Below, piece by piece: positions 1-15,115 of a stretch of DNA of 64,000 nucleotides. The stretch is from positions 36,580,001 through 36,644,000 of the forward strand of contig OZ024749.1 of NCBI GenBank assembly GCA_964016885.1, read 5' to 3'. The stretch's first letter is position 1. The number at the start of each line of letters is the position of its first letter. The DNA is from Eledone cirrhosa. Taxonomy: Eukaryota. The notes under the pieces were generated by a model. That model did not search any database. It was not told the origin of the DNA and saw only the letters and a program-made list of their open reading frames with translations. The translations under genes were made by a program, and so were the position numbers.

Positions 1-518
1 CCTCTCTCTCTCTCTCATTCTCTCTCTCTCTCATTCTCTCTCTCTCTCACTCATTCTCTCTCTCTCTCTCACTCATTCTCTCTCTCTCTCACTCATTCTC
101 TCTCTCTCTCACTCATTCTCTCTCTCTCTCACTCATTCTCTCTCTCTCTCACTCATTCTCTCTCTCTCTCACTCTTTCTCTCTCACTCTCACTCTTTCTC
201 TCTCACTTTGTCTCACTCTCTCTCTCTCACTTTTTCTCACTCTCTCTCTCTCATTCTCTCTCACACTCTCTCTCTCATTCTCTTTCTCACTCACTCTCAT
301 TCTCTCTCTCTCTCCCTCTCTCTCTCTCATTGTCTCTCTCTCATTGTCTCATATACATATTGTTATATCAATATGGTTGACTTTTCAACAGATTAAATCT
401 GACATGAAATGTTTTCTCCATCTCTCCCTCCCTCTTTCCCTTCCTTCCTTCCTCATTCCTCTCCGTTTCCTATTGGAACTATAAATCACAGATTGTCTAT
501 AGAATATGAAGAAGACAT

Positions 519-560
<42 letters not shown>

Positions 561-780
561 TTATATGGCACCACCCATCATAGCTATGATTCTTTACTAC
601 AAACACAACACTAGTGGTTCTTGTTGTCAAAGCAACAGTTGGTATTTAAATAGATGGTGTTGATGGTGGTGGTGGTGCTGGTGATGGTGGTGGTGGTGGT
701 GCTGGTTTGAGGGTGTAGTTATGTATTGCAGTAAAAGACTACCTATTGTTGACCCAGCAATGGTATATATATGTGTGAGT

Positions 781-873
<93 letters not shown>

Positions 874-1038
874 CGTATGTGTGTATAGTCTAACTTGTGT
901 AAACATAGAAAATAGATGTACAATGTTGATGTTGATATATCAGCAGAAGATGCACACAGAAAAACAATTGCATAATGCAGACAACTGCATCTCTACCTCA
1001 TCAGCCACCTGCTGGCATGCAATTTTGCGTGTTGTGCG

Positions 1039-1320
1039 TGTGGAGTTGCATGGTTTAGTGGTTAGGGTGTTTGGCTTTATGATCATAAAGTCATGAGATC
1101 ATTTCTTGGTGGTGTGTTGTGTCCTTGAGCAGGACATACTCCTTGTAGCTTCAGTCCACTAAATTTGAAAAGGAGTTCTACCTCTAATTTGAGGTCACAC
1201 ACTGTGTCATACTGCTGAATCTCCCTGAGAACTATGTTAAGGCTATACATGCACATTACTTTCATGAACAAGCCAATCCATTTATCAAACAACTGGAGCA
1301 CTTGTCATTGATACTAACAG
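1039..1320 (+). mobile_element. older tRNA/CORE-like SINE (relatives at 2630-2935, 23665-23775, 14948-15055; - strand 53660-53755)
   Basis: tggtttagtggttagg A box, gtgtccttgagcaggaca core, body ctgaatctccctgagaacta shared between copies. Confidence 0.7.
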
Positions 1321-1414
1321 AAGTTCAAATTACAGGCACACACACACATATAGTTTTACTCATCTTCTAGATTACCCTTTATCCAGCAATGGTCAGTGTT
1401 TATGTGTGTGCATG

Positions 1415-2012
1415 TATGTGTAGCTGTTTGAGCCAGTGATGATGTATGTAGCTGTTTCAGCCAGTGATGGTATGAGTAGCTGTTTCAGCCAGTGATGGTA
1501 TGTGTAACTGTTTGAGCCAGTGATGGTATGTGTAGCTGTTTGAGCCAGTGATGGTGCTTGAAGCTGTTTAAGCCACTGAATATGTGTGAAGCTATTTGAG
1601 TCACTGATGGTATGTGTAGCTGTTTGAGCCTGTGATGGTGCTTGTAGCTGTTTAAGCCACTGAATATGTGTGAAGCTATTTGAGTCACTGATGGTATGTG
1701 TAGCTGTTTGAGCCACTGATGGTATGTGTAGCTGTTTGAGCCACTGATGGTATGTGTAGCTGTTTGAGCCTGTGATGGTGCTTGAAGCTGTTTAAGCCAC
1801 TGAATATGTGTGAAGCTATTTGAGTCACTGATGGTATGTGTAGCTGTTTGAGCCACTGATGGTATGTGTAGCTGTTTGAGCCACTGATGGTTTGAGGCAA
1901 TGATGGTGTGTGTAGCTCTTTGACCCAGTTATAGTGTGTATAGCTCTTTGACCCAGTTATAGTGTGTATAGCTGTTAGACCCAGTTATAGTGTGTATAGC
2001 TATTTGACCCAG
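1415..2012. repeat. 28-bp minisatellite with higher-order structure
   Basis: Unit gctgtttgagccactgatggtatgtgta with recurring variant blocks. Confidence 0.9.
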
Positions 2013-2416
2013 TGATGATGTGTGTTTACTATCAACACCATTGATTTTATGTCCCCTTTGCCATGCTTGCATGGGTTACACCAGACTTCTCTGAGGCAGT
2101 AATCTATGAACTTTATACCCTTGATAATATGTGTGTTTATGTCTGTCTGTGCTAGTATGTTGAGGTTTATACTGTATATTTATGTTCATCTATCTGTGTG
2201 TTCATGCTTCTATGTGTGTGTGTATAGGATTCAGATAGAGAATGTATGGAATGTCTAACACATCAGAACTATTTCACAAACTGACTGATTCTGTAGAATA
2301 CAGGATTGTGTTAGGTTAGCCATTCCTCTATTTCACTATTCTAGGTTAATGCTACATCATACAGAAGCAGTTTCTTACAGAGACTGCTGTATCATATATA
2401 TATATACATGTGTGTG

Positions 2417-2456
<40 letters not shown>

Positions 2457-2948
2457 TACACGCACTAGTATACCAATGACTATGTAATACAGGAGTATGT
2501 TAGTTTGCTAATTCCACTATATCTATTCTAGGTTACTACTACTACTACTACTTACACAGTACTGTAGAGACTGGTGTATCAATGATAATATTGGTTATCA
2601 CTGAGAATATACACTCAGGCTCTGTGTGCCTGTGTGACTTAGTAGTTAGGGTTTTTGGTTTATAACCTTAAGGTCATCAGTTTGATTCCTGCTAGAACAT
2701 TGTGTCCTTAAGCAAGACATTTATTTCACATTATTCAAGTTCACTCAGCCAGGGGGAAAAATAAGAAAGCATTAGTTGTACCTGAAATTCAAAGGACCAG
2801 CCTTGTCGCACTCCGTGTCACGCTGAATCTTCCTGAGAACTACATTAAGGTTACATCTGTTTGTGGAATGCTCAGTCACTTGCATGCTAATGTCTTAAAG
2901 TTAAACAACTAGAATACACATTGTCAGAGCAGACAGAGATTTAACATA

Positions 2949-3133
2949 TACCGTATATACGGAATAAGTCGATGGTAGAAGTGGTTAGACTTCTCTTCGG
3001 GGTCAATATTTTGATGATTTTCACCAACCTCAAATTCTACGTAAATAAAGTTTGGAATTTTGTCCACTTCTCAAACACAAAATAGTGGGGTTGGCTTATA
3101 TATGTATAGGTTTATGTTCGAGTATATATGTTA
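2949..3133. mobile_element. Tc1/mariner-superfamily (pogo/Tc2-like) MITE, degraded
   Basis: TA-ccgtatatac ... cgagtatatatgt-TA termini. Confidence 0.5.
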
Positions 3134-4189
3134 TGTTATCATCATCTTGTGGACATTTTTCCATGTTGGCATCGGTAGGAAAAATGTCCATAAGATGATA
3201 ACATAACCAAGTCAGTACTTAACTGAAGTTATTGTCTTCTTAGACAGCTCAAGTGACCACATCTTTCCTAAATATGTTTCATATTGTCATGGTTTTTAAT
3301 GGCTGGATGCCCTTCCTAACACCAATGACATAACAGAATGCACTGGTTGCAGTCTATTGTGGCACCAGCTCTATGGATGTTGTCTTATCTTTGACGCAAC
3401 TGAAGACTTCTCCCAGCCCTTGGTTTAGTATGGTTGCTATGGTTGGGTGCTCTTCCTAATTCCAATGACTTTACAGAGTGTACTGGGTGTGTTTTATCAT
3501 AGCAGCAGCACTAACAGGGTTATCATGTCCTTGATCTAATTGTAGAGTCCTCTCTGCCCTATATTTGCCAAGGTTTCTATAGACTGAGGTCAAGTGTGCC
3601 ATTCATCCTATTGGTAACAGTTGTGGCGTTGAACAGTTGTAGTGGTGGTGGTAGTATAAGCAGTAGTATAGGCAACAGTTGTTCATTCACCGTGTACTTT
3701 TCATAGCAGTTAATCTGGTTTAACATTGTCTTTAATATCCACTAATATTATTGTTGTTGTTGTTGTTGTTACGGTGGTGGTTGTTATTAATCAGTTCCAT
3801 CATTATTATTACTGTGTTGCCTTTCATCCTTACGGGGTCGATAAAATAAAGTACCAGTAATGCACTGGGTAATTGCTGGCCTTGTGCCAAAAGTAGAAAC
3901 AATTATTACTGTGATGGTGTTGTTGATTTTGATGCTGGTGGTGTTGTTGATGGTGGGATGGTGATTATGATGGTGGTGGTGTTGATGGTGGTGGCAGTGA
4001 TGTTGTTGATAGTGTTGATGGCGGTGTTGGTGATGTTGATGGTGGTGGTGTTGCTGCTGCTGCTATAATCCAGTTTAATCAGTTTGTTGTTTCATAAATC
4101 CTTAATTAACTTTGTTCCTTTACACACAACAATTACTGTATCACAATTGATACAGTCACATTCTAGTCATGAACCTTCCTTTATAGTCA

Positions 4190-6360
4190 CAACACACCAC
4201 CACCACTACCACACACTGGACCATTCACCTCTCATCAACACCACCACCGCCACACACTTCAGACCACCACTACCACACACTTCCCAACACCACCATTCAC
4301 CTCTCATCAACACCACTACCACCATCACCACCACACACTTCAGACCACCACCACCACTACCACACACTGCCCAACACCACCATTCACCTCTCATCAACAC
4401 CACTACCACCATCACCACCACACACTTCAGACCACCACCACCACTACCACACACTGCCCAACACCACCATTCACTTCTCATCAACACCACCACTATCACC
4501 ATCACCACCACCACTACCACCATCACCACCACACACTTCAGACCACCACCACCACTACCACACACTGCCCAACACCACCATTCACCTCTCATCAACACCA
4601 CCACCACCACTATCACCATCACCACCACCACCACTATCACCACCACCACTACCACTATCACCACCACTACCACACACTGCCCAACACCACCATTCACCTC
4701 TCATCAACACCACCACTATCACCATCACCACCACCACCACTATCACCACCACCACCACCACTACCACTATCACCACCACTACCACACACTGCCCAACACC
4801 ACCATTCACCTCTCATCAACACCACCACCACCACTACCACCATCACCACCACACACTTCAGACCACCACCACTACTACCACTGCCACACACTTCACATCA
4901 CCAACACCATCCCTGCCACACACTTCAAATCACTATCACCACCACCACCACCACCACCACTTACCTTACATCATCTCCATCAACACCAACAGCAACATCA
5001 CCACTACCACACTACCACACCACCACACCACCACACCACTACCACACAACATCACTACCACACATCACCACACACCTCCCCACCACCATACTCTACCTTT
5101 GTGGCATTGTGAATTGGAATATGTTTTTGCAAATCTGTGTGTACATGTATGTGTATGTATAAGTGTATGTAGGAGCTAGTTGTGCCTATGTGTGCGTGTA
5201 TATAGTAGTTGTGTGTATATGGGTGTAGGTGTGTATGGGAAACTGTTTGTGTGTATGTGTCTATAGGAATCTGTGTATGTGTGTATAGGAATCTGGTGTG
5301 TATGTGTTTGGTATCTCTGTATGTGTGTGAGTGTTGGTGTATGAGCTAGTGTGTGTGTTGTATGAGCTATGTGTGTGTTGGTGCATGAGCTAGTGTGTGT
5401 GTTATCTGAGCTATGTATGTGTGTGTGTTATCTGAGCTATGTATGTGTGTGTGTTGGTGTATGAGCTTGAGTGTGTGTTTGTGTATGAGCTTGTTTGTGT
5501 GTATGCGTGTACGTATGTATGAGCTAGGTGTGTGTTTGTATGAGATAGGGGTGTGTGAGTGGATTGGTGTATGAACTTGTGTGTGTGTGTATGCATGTAT
5601 ATATGAGATAGGGTTGTGTATATACGAGATAGGGGTGTGTGAGCTGGTGTGCATGTGCGTGTGTATATATGAGCTAGGTGTGTGTGTGAGTGTGTGTTGG
5701 CATATGAGCTAGTGTGTGTATGTATATAGTTGTGTATGTATACAGGTGGGTGTGTAAATTCCTTATGGCCCCCCACCCGATTAATACAATAAAAAATATT
5801 TTAAAAAACATTAAAATCGTGTGTAACCAGACAAAGACTCATTCACACATGGAACCCAACATACCAACATAGCTTAGAACGATAATAGGGTGTGTTGTGT
5901 GTGTTTCGATGTATAGTGTGTGAGTTTGTATGTGTAGTGTGTATATTTGTTTGTGTGTGTTTGTATGCCTGTATGTGTGCATCTCTGGGTGTGAATATGT
6001 GCATGTATGTGTCTATGTGCATGTGTGTGCATATGTGTGTTTGTATGTGTCTATGTGTGTATGTATGTGTCTATATGTGTGTATGTATGCATGTTTGTAT
6101 GTTTGATATGCGAGTGTTGTGTGTAGTGTGTGTGTTTGTACGTGTGTAGTGTGAGTGTTTGTATGTGTGTAGTGTGTTTGTATGTGTGTAGTGTGTGTTT
6201 GTATGTGTATGATAGTGTGTGTTTGTATGTGTGCATGTGTGAGTGTTTGTATGTGTAGTGTGTGTGTGTGTGTGTTTGTATGTGTGTAGTGTGTGTTTGT
6301 ATGTGTGTAGTGTGTGTTTGTATGTGTGCATGTGTGAGTGTTTGTATGTGTGTAGTATGA
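4190..6360. repeat. (ACC)n-rich degenerate minisatellite followed by TG-rich low-complexity DNA
   Basis: Recurring cattcacctctcatcaacacc and cacacacttcagacc blocks, then (TG/TATG)n. Confidence 0.85.
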
Positions 6361-7083
6361 GTGTGAGGAGAAAATAGTGTCGTTCTGGGGATCTAAAGGG
6401 TACAGGGCTGGAACACCAAAACTTTGAGTTAAGCACTTTACTTCATGTTGCTTCAGTCGATTCAGCTGAAAGAATTAATACCAGCTGGTGCTACTGGGGG
6501 GGGGGGGGGTCAACCATTGTTGATGTTGTTCTTACTGATATATCAATATCGTTTCCATATAGCTGTATATATTGATGATTGAGATGATGATGATGGTGGA
6601 TCAAAGCTCATATGCCAGTGTCTTTCATTGGAAACGAAAGGGTTAAAGTTTTTATATTTATTTATAAACCTTCCATCATAATTTTATGTAAAAACCTTTG
6701 TCAAGTTATGTTCCAAACATCAGCTTAACCCTTTAGCATTTACATTACTCTATATATACCATTGTTTTCACGGTAAGGGCTTTATCTCACATAATATCGA
6801 TTCAATGAGATTTTGATATTATTTATTTTAAGGACAATACCTTAACATCAGTATGAGTGGCTAGTTACGACCGGATATGGCCGTTTTAAATGCTAATGAG
6901 TTGATAAGGAGAAATTTAGCTATATTGCTAAATCTTTTCAAATTTCTGATTATTTTGAAACCATAAACGTTGTCTTTCATTAGAAATATGGTATCAAATG
7001 GGTTAATAATAAAGATAGATTTAAGTTATGCAGTTGGTTCCATGCACTTGAACTTAATCGTGTGGTGGGTGTAATTTGTTATA

Positions 7084-7117
<34 letters not shown>

Positions 7118-7619
7118 CTTAATCCACTGTTGTTGTTGTTGTATCTGATGGATTTATTCTGTGGCTGTATTGTTGTATATATATACTGATGGTGGTGATG
7201 GTGGTGGTGCTGGTGGCAAGGATGATGGATGTGGTGGGAAAGAAGATGGATGTGGTGGTGAGGATGATCGTTCTGGGAGTGGGGAAGAAAGAACATTGAG
7301 TAGTGGTGGTGGTGATGATGGTGGAGGATGGTGTGGTAGTGTCTTGGTGGTGGTGGTAGAGCTGAAGACGGTGTGGCAGTGATGGTGGAGGTGAGGACGA
7401 TGTTTGTAGTGGTGGGGAAGAGAATGGTATAGTAGTTTGGTAGTGTTCTGGTGGTGCTATTGGTAGCAGTGGTGGTTATGGTGTGTCAACACTAGATCAA
7501 CAGGAGTGGACATTAACTGCTGTAACAAATTGAACCTTTATAATATTTTAAATGAAGTGCAATCACACCCTCTCTATATAATTCTTTAATCTCAGCAGAT
7601 TTAACTTGATTATCCTTCT

Positions 7620-10600
7620 ACTGTGGCCATGCTGGAGCACTGCCTACCTTCTACTGGTTTCAGTCATTTGACTGTGGCCATGCTGCAGCACTGCCTACCA
7701 TCTACCGGTTTCAGTCATTTGACTGTGGCCATGCTGCAGCACTGCCTACCTTCTACTGGTTTCAGTCATTTGACTGTGGCCATGCTGCAGCACTGCCTAC
7801 CTTCTACTGGTTTCAGTCATTTGACTGTGGCCATGCTGGAGCACTGCCTAACTTCTACTGGTTTCAGTCATTTGACTGTGGCCATGCTGGAGCACTGCCT
7901 ACCTTCTGCTGGTTTCAGTCATTTGACTGTGGCCATGCTGGAGCACTGCCTACCTTCTACTGGTTTCAGTCATTTGACTGTGGCCATGCTGCAGCACTGC
8001 CTACCTTCTGCTGGTTTCAGTCATTTGACTGTGGCCATGCTGGAGCACTGCCTAACTTCTACTGGTTTCAGTCATTTGACTGTGGCCATGCTGGAGCACT
8101 GCCTACCTTCTACTGGTTTCAGTCATTTGACTGTGGCCAAGCTGGAGCACTGCCTACCTTCTACTGGTTTCAGTCATTTGACTGTGGCCATGCTGCAGCA
8201 CTGCCTACCTTCTACTGGTTTCAGTCATTTGACTGTGGCCATGCTGGAGCACTGCCTACCTTCTACTGGTTTCAGTCATTTGACTGTGGCCATGCTGGAG
8301 CACTGCCTAACTTCTACTGGTTTCAGTCATTTGACTGTGGCCATGCTGGAGCACTGCCTACCTTCTACTGGTTTCAGTCATTTGACTGTGGCCATGCTGG
8401 AGCACTGCCTACCTTCTACTGGTTTCAGTCATTTGACTGTGGCCATGCTGGAGCACTGCCTACCTTCTACTGGTTTCAGTCATTTGACTGTGGCCATGCT
8501 GGAGCACTGCCTACCTTCTACTGGTTTCAGTCATTTGACTGTGGCCATGCTGGAGCACTGCCTACCTTCTACTGGTTTCAGTCATTTGACTGTGGCCATG
8601 CTGGAGCACTGCCTACCTTCTACTGGTTTCAGTCATTTGACTGTGGCCATGCTGGAGCACTGCCTACCTTCTACTGGTTTCAGTCATTTGACTGTGGCCA
8701 TGCTGCAGCACTGCCTACCTTCTACTGGTTTCAGTCATTATACTATGGCCATGCTGGAGCACTGCCTACCTTCTACTGGCTTCAGTCATTTGACTGTGGC
8801 CATGCTGGAGCACTACCTACCTTCTACCGGTTTCAGTCATTTGACTGTGGCCATGCTGGAGCACTGCCTACCTTCTACTGGTTTCAGTCATTTGACTATA
8901 GCCATACTGGAGCACTGCCTACCTTCTACTGGTTTCAGTCATTTGACTGTGGCCATGCTGGAGCACTGCCTACCTTCTACTGGTTTCAGTCATTTGACTG
9001 TGGCCATGCGGCAGCACTGCCTACCTTCTACTGGTTTCAGTCATTTGACTGTGGCCATGCTGGAGTACTGCCTACCTTCTACTGGTTTCAGTCATTTGAC
9101 TGTGGCCATGCTGGAGTACTGCCTACCTTCTACTGGTTTCAGTCATTTGACTGTGGCCATGCTGGAGTACTGCCTACCTTCTACTGGTTTCAGTCATTTG
9201 ACTGTGGCCATGCGGCAGCACTGCCTAACTTCTACTGGTTTCAGTCATTTGACTGTGGCCATGCTGGAGCACTGCCTACCTTCTACTGGTTTCAGTCATT
9301 TGACTTTGGCCATGCTGGAGTACTGCCTACCTTCTACTGGTTTCAGTCATTTGACTGTGGCCATGCGGCAGCACTGCCTAACTTCTACTGGTTTCAGTCA
9401 TTTGACTGTGGCCATGCTGGAGCACTGCCTAACTTCTACTGGTTTCAGTCATTTGACTGTGGCCATGCTGGAGCACTGCCTACCTTCTACTGGTTTCAGT
9501 CATTTGACTTTGGCCATGCTGGAGTACTGCCTACCTTCTACTGGTTTCAGTCATTTGACTGTGGCCATGCGGCAGCACTGCCTAACTTCTACTGGTTTCA
9601 GTCATTTGACTGTGGCCATGCTGGAGCACTGCCTACCTACTGGTTTCAGTCATTTGACTGTGGCCATGCGGCAGCACTGCCTACCTTCTACTGGTTTCAG
9701 TCATTTGACTGTGGCCATGCTGGAGCACTGCCTAACTTCTACTGGTTTCAGTCATTTGACTGTGGCCATGCTGGAGCACTGCCTACCTTCTGCTGGTTTC
9801 AGTCATTTGACTGTGGCCATGCTGGAGCACTGCCTAACTTCTACTGGTTTTAGTCATTTGACTGTGGCCATGCTGGAGCACTGCCTACCTTCTACTGGTT
9901 TCAGTCATTTGACTGTGGCCATGCTGGAGCACTGCCTACCTTCTACTGGCTTCAGTCATTTGACTGTGGCCATGCTGGAGCACTGCCTACCTTCTACTGG
10001 TTTCAGTCATTTGACTGTGGCCATGCTGGAGCACTGCCTACCTTCTACTGGTTTCAGTCATTTGACTGTGGCCATGCTGGAGCACTGCCTAACTTCTACT
10101 GGTTTCAGTCATTTGACTGTGGCCATGCTGGAGCACTGCCTACCTTCTACTGGTTTCAGTCATTTGACTGTGGCCATGCTGGAGCACTACCAACCTTCTA
10201 CTGTTTTCAGTCATTTGACTGTGGCCATGCTGGAGCACTGCCTACCTTCTACTGGTTTTAGTCATTTGACTGTGGCCATGCTGGAGCACTGCCTACCTTC
10301 TGCTGGTTTCAGTCATTTGACTGTGGCCATGCTGGAGCACTGACTACCTTCTGCTGGTTTCAGTCATTTGACTGTGGCCATGCTGGAGCACTGCCTACCT
10401 TCTACTGGTTTCAGTCATTTGACTGTGGCCATGCTGGAGCACTGCCTACCTTCTGCTGGTTTCAGTCATTTGACTGTGGCCATGCTGGAGCACTGACTAC
10501 CTTCTGCTGGTTTCAGTCATTTGACTGTGGCCATGCTGGAGTACTGCCTACCTTCTACTGGTTTCAGTCATTTGACTGTGGCCATGCTGGAGCACTGCCT

Positions 10601-12270
10601 ACCTTCTGCTGGTTTCAGTCATTTGACTGTGGCCATGCTGGAGCACTGCCTACCTTCTGCTGGTTTCAGTCATTTGACTGTGGCCATGCTGGAGCACTGC
10701 CTACCTTCTGCTGGTTTCAGTCATTTGACTGTGGCCATGCTGGAGCACTGACTACCTTCTACTGGTTTCAGTCATTTGACTGTGGCCATGCTGGAGCACT
10801 GCCTACCTTCTGCTGGTTTCAGTCATTTGACTGTGGCCATGCTGGAGCACTGCCTAACTTCTACTGGTTTCAGTCATTTGACTGTGGCCATGCTGGAGCA
10901 CTACCAACCTTCTACTGTTTTCAGTCATTTGACTGTGGCCATGCTGGAGCACTGCCTACCTTCTACTGGTTTTAGTCATTTGACTGTGGCCATGCTGGAG
11001 CACTGCCTACCTTCTACTGGCTTCAGTCATTTGACTGTGGCCATGCTGGAGCACTGCCTACCTTCTACTGGTTTCAGTCATTTGACTGTGGCCATGCTGG
11101 AGCACTACCAACCTTCTACTGTTTTCAGTCATTTGACTGTGGCCATGCTGGAGCACTGCCTACCTTCTACTGGTTTCAGTCATTTGACTGTGGCCATGCT
11201 GGAGCACTGCCTACCTTCTGCTGGTTTCAGTCATTTGACTGTGGCCATGCTGGAGCACTGCCTACCTTCTACTGGTTTCAGTCATTTGACTGTGGCCATG
11301 CTGGAGCACTGCCTACCTTCTGCTGGTTTCAGTCATTTGACTGTGGCCATGCTGGAGCACTGCCTACCTTCTGCTGGTTTCAGTCATTTGACTGTGGCCA
11401 TGCTGGAGCACTGCCTACCTTCTACTGGTTTCAGTCATTTGACTGTGGCCATGCTGGAGCACTGCCTACCTTCTGCTGGTTTCAGTCATTTGACTGTGGC
11501 CATGCTGGAGCACTGCCTACCTTCTGCTGGTTTCAGTCATTTGACTGTGGCCATGCTGGAGCACTGCCTACCTTCTGCTGGTTTCAGTCATTTGACTGTG
11601 GCCATGCTGGAGCACTGCCTACCTTCTACTGGTTTCAGTCATTTGACTGGCCATGCTGGAGCACTGCCTACCTTCTACTGGTTTCAGTCATTTGACTGTG
11701 GCCATGCTGGAGCACTGCCTACCTTCTACTGGTTTCAGTCATTTGACTGTGGCCATGCTGGAGCACTACCTACCTTCTACTGGTTTCAGTCATTTGACTG
11801 TGGCCATTCTGGAGCACTGCCTACCTTCTACTGGTTTCAGTCATTTGACTGTGGCCATGCTGGAGCACTACCTAACTTCTACTGGTTTCAGTCATTTGAC
11901 TGTGGCCATGCTGGAGCACTGCCTACCTTCTACTGGTTTCAGTCATTTGACTGTGGCCATGCTGGAGCACTACCTACCTTCTACTGGTTTCAGTCATTTG
12001 ACTGTGGCCATGCTGGAGCACTGCCTACCTTCTACTGGTTTCAGTCATTTGACTGTGGCCATGCTGGAGTACTACCTACCTTCTACTGGTTTCAGTCATT
12101 TGACTGTGGCCATGCTGGAGTACTGCCTACCTTCTACTGGTTTCAGTCATTTGACTGTGACCATGCTGGAGCACTGCCTACCTTCTACTGGTTTCAGTCA
12201 TTTGACTGTGGCCATGCTGGAGCACTGCCTACCTTCTACTGGTTTCAGTCATTTGACTGTGGCCATGCTG
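7620..12270. repeat. 51-bp minisatellite, ~91 copies
   Basis: Unit actgtggccatgctggagcactgcctaccttctactggtttcagtcatttg. Confidence 0.97.
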
Positions 12271-13545
12271 TGGCAGTGATGGTTTTGATGCTAGTAGTGG
12301 CATTGGTGTGTAGGACAGTGGTGGTGGTAATGGTGGTGGTAGTAGTTGGTGATGGTTGTGGTGGTGGTAGTAGTTGGTGATGGTTGTAGTGGTGGTGGTA
12401 GTGGTAGTAGTTGGTGATGGTTGTGGTGGTGTTGGTAGTGGTAGTAGTCGGTGGTGGTTGTGGTAGTTGGTGGTAGTGTTAGTAGTAGTAGTTGGTGATG
12501 GTTGTGGTGGTGGTGGTAGTTGGTGGTGGTGGTAGTGGTAGTAGTTGATGTTTGTGGTGGTGGTAGTGGTAGTGGTGGTAGTTGGTGATGGTTGTGGTGG
12601 TAGTTGGTGATGGTTGTGGTGGTGGTGGTAGTTGGTGATGATCGTGGTGGTAGTGGTGGTGGTGGTGGTAGTTTGTGATAATGGTAGTGGTGGTAGTTGG
12701 TTGTGGTGGTGATGGTGGTGGATGTAGTCGGTGATGGTTGTGGCGGTGGCGGTGGCAGTGGTGATGATGGTGGTAGTAGTCGGTGATGATCGTGGTAGTG
12801 GTGGCAGTGGTGATGATGGTGGTAGTAGTTGGTGATGGTTGTGGTGGTGGCGGTGGTGGCAGTGGTGATGATGATGGTGGTAGTAGTTGGTGATGGTTGT
12901 GGTGGTGGCGGTGGTGGCAGTGGTGATGATGATGATGGTGGTAGTAGTTGGTGATGATGGTAGTGGTGATGGTGGTGGCCGTGATGTAGGTGTATATCTC
13001 ATTCTTCTGTATTGATCCTCTGTGGCTGAGATTTAGCTGAGCATTTACAGTCTCCTCTCATGTGGATCTTTGCTCACACACATACAAACATGGCCTTACA
13101 CACACACACACGGTCTTACACACACATACATACATGGTCTCACTCCCTCACACACACATGGTCTTATACATACATACATGGCCTTACTCTCTCTCACACA
13201 CATGGTCTTACACACACATACATGGTCTTACTCTCTCACACACACATGGTCTTACACACATACATACATACATGGTCTCACTCCCTACTCCCTCACACAC
13301 AGTGTACATCTATCACATCTGTTGCCTTCAGACCTTATCCTCCTACTACCTCTCTCACTCCACCCTCTCTCACTAGCTCTTTAAATATATCTACCTCTAA
13401 CACATACCGCCACCACCACCACCATCACTACCACCACCACCACCATCACCACCACCACCACCACCACCACCACATCTATCAGTTCACATCTCATATATCA
13501 TCCATAAACCATCAACCATTATATATATTACACTGTCATGTATGT

Positions 13546-13885
13546 ACCACCACCATTACTATGACCACCACCATTACTATGACCACCACCAATACTATGA
13601 CCATCACCATTACTATGACCACTACCATTACTATGACCACTACCATTACTATGACCACCACCATTACTATGACCACCACCATTACTATGACCACTACCAT
13701 TACTATGACCACCACCATTACTATGACCACCACCATTACTATGACCACTACCAATACTATGACCACCACCATTACTATGACCACCACCATTACTATGACC
13801 ACTACCATTACTATGACCACCACCATTACTATGACCACCACCATTACTATGACCACAACCATTACTATGACCACCACCATTACTA
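13546..13885. repeat. 18-bp tandem repeat within an (ACC/ACT)n field (13400-14520)
   Basis: Unit accaccattactatgacc. Confidence 0.9.
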
Positions 13886-14608
13886 CAACTAGCAACATCA
13901 CCACCATTGCCAAAACCACTACAACTAGCACCACCACCACCACTGCAACTACCATCACGACAACCACAACTTTCACAACCACTACAACTGCAACTACCAC
14001 CACTACCACAACTTTCACTCCTACTGGAACTACCATCACCACTACCACTACGACTACCACCACCATAACCACTACTGCAACTACCACCATCACCACCACA
14101 ACTTTCACACCCACTGCAACTACCACTACCACTGCAACTACTACCACCACCACCACCACAACTTTCACCCCCACTGCAACTACCACTACAACTACCACCA
14201 CCACAACCACTACTGCAACTACCACCATCACCACCACTGCAACTACCACTACAACTACCACCACCATAACCACTACTGCAACTACCACCATCACCACCAC
14301 AACTTTCACCCCCACTGCAACTACCACTACAACTACCACCACCACAACCACTACTGCAACTACCACCATCACCACCACTGCAACTACCACTACAACTACC
14401 ACCACCATAACCACTACTGCAACTACCACCATCACCACCACAACTTTCACCCCCACTACAACTACCACCACCATAACCACTACTGCAACTACCACCATCA
14501 CCACTACAACTACCACCACCATGTCTCCATAAATACAATTCGTTTGATTATGTGATTAATATTCCAACTGAGGTTGAGTTATTTCTGTTACATGTTCACT
14601 GAACTGGC

Positions 14609-14704
<96 letters not shown>

Positions 14705-15115
14705 CTGTGTACACCCCTGAGCTGTCTAGGAGAGTAGTACCTTTGAATAAGAACTGAATCAAAGCTTAACAACCCAGCCAACCCATGCCAGCATAGAAAA
14801 CCTGATATAAGATTATAATGATGATGATATATATATATAGGTATATGTGTATGTGTGTGTATATATGTATATATACACACACATATATCATCACCATTTA
14901 ACGTTGGTTTCCAATGCTTGCATAAGCTTGACATATGTGTGTATGATGTGCTGAATCTCCCTGAGAACTAGATTCAGAGCGTATGTGTTTGTGGAATGCT
15001 CACTCACTTGTACATTAAGCAAATAACTGGAATGCTCATCATCATAACCAACTGAGGTCCAAAACACACACATACACATAGTGCAGCTGAGCATTGTACA
15101 CAATAATTTTCATTA

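Noticed and set aside
503-663. tatag|AATATGAAGAAGAC, acceptor-like site with an EY start similar to exon 24467
   Set aside because: Runs straight into (CA)n with no DLG similarity beyond two residues
3131-3206. ~30-bp-arm hairpin, pre-miRNA sized (similar imperfect hairpin at 41706-41823)
   Set aside because: Better explained as a local inverted duplication at a TE end or a decayed fold-back element; no evidence for a miRNA
7623-12380. 906-aa, 534-aa and 208-aa ORFs of a 17-aa repeat (TVAMLEHCLPSTGFSHL)
   Set aside because: Translation of a 51-bp minisatellite. It has stops and a frameshift, substitutions are not biased to silent sites, and the unit matches a dispersed repeat.
13060-14538. 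Mucin-like Thr-rich and His-rich ORFs (also 4084-5112, 28212-30056, 39628-40917)
   Set aside because: (ACC)n and (CA)n microsatellite translations, open in several frames, with no splice or domain support
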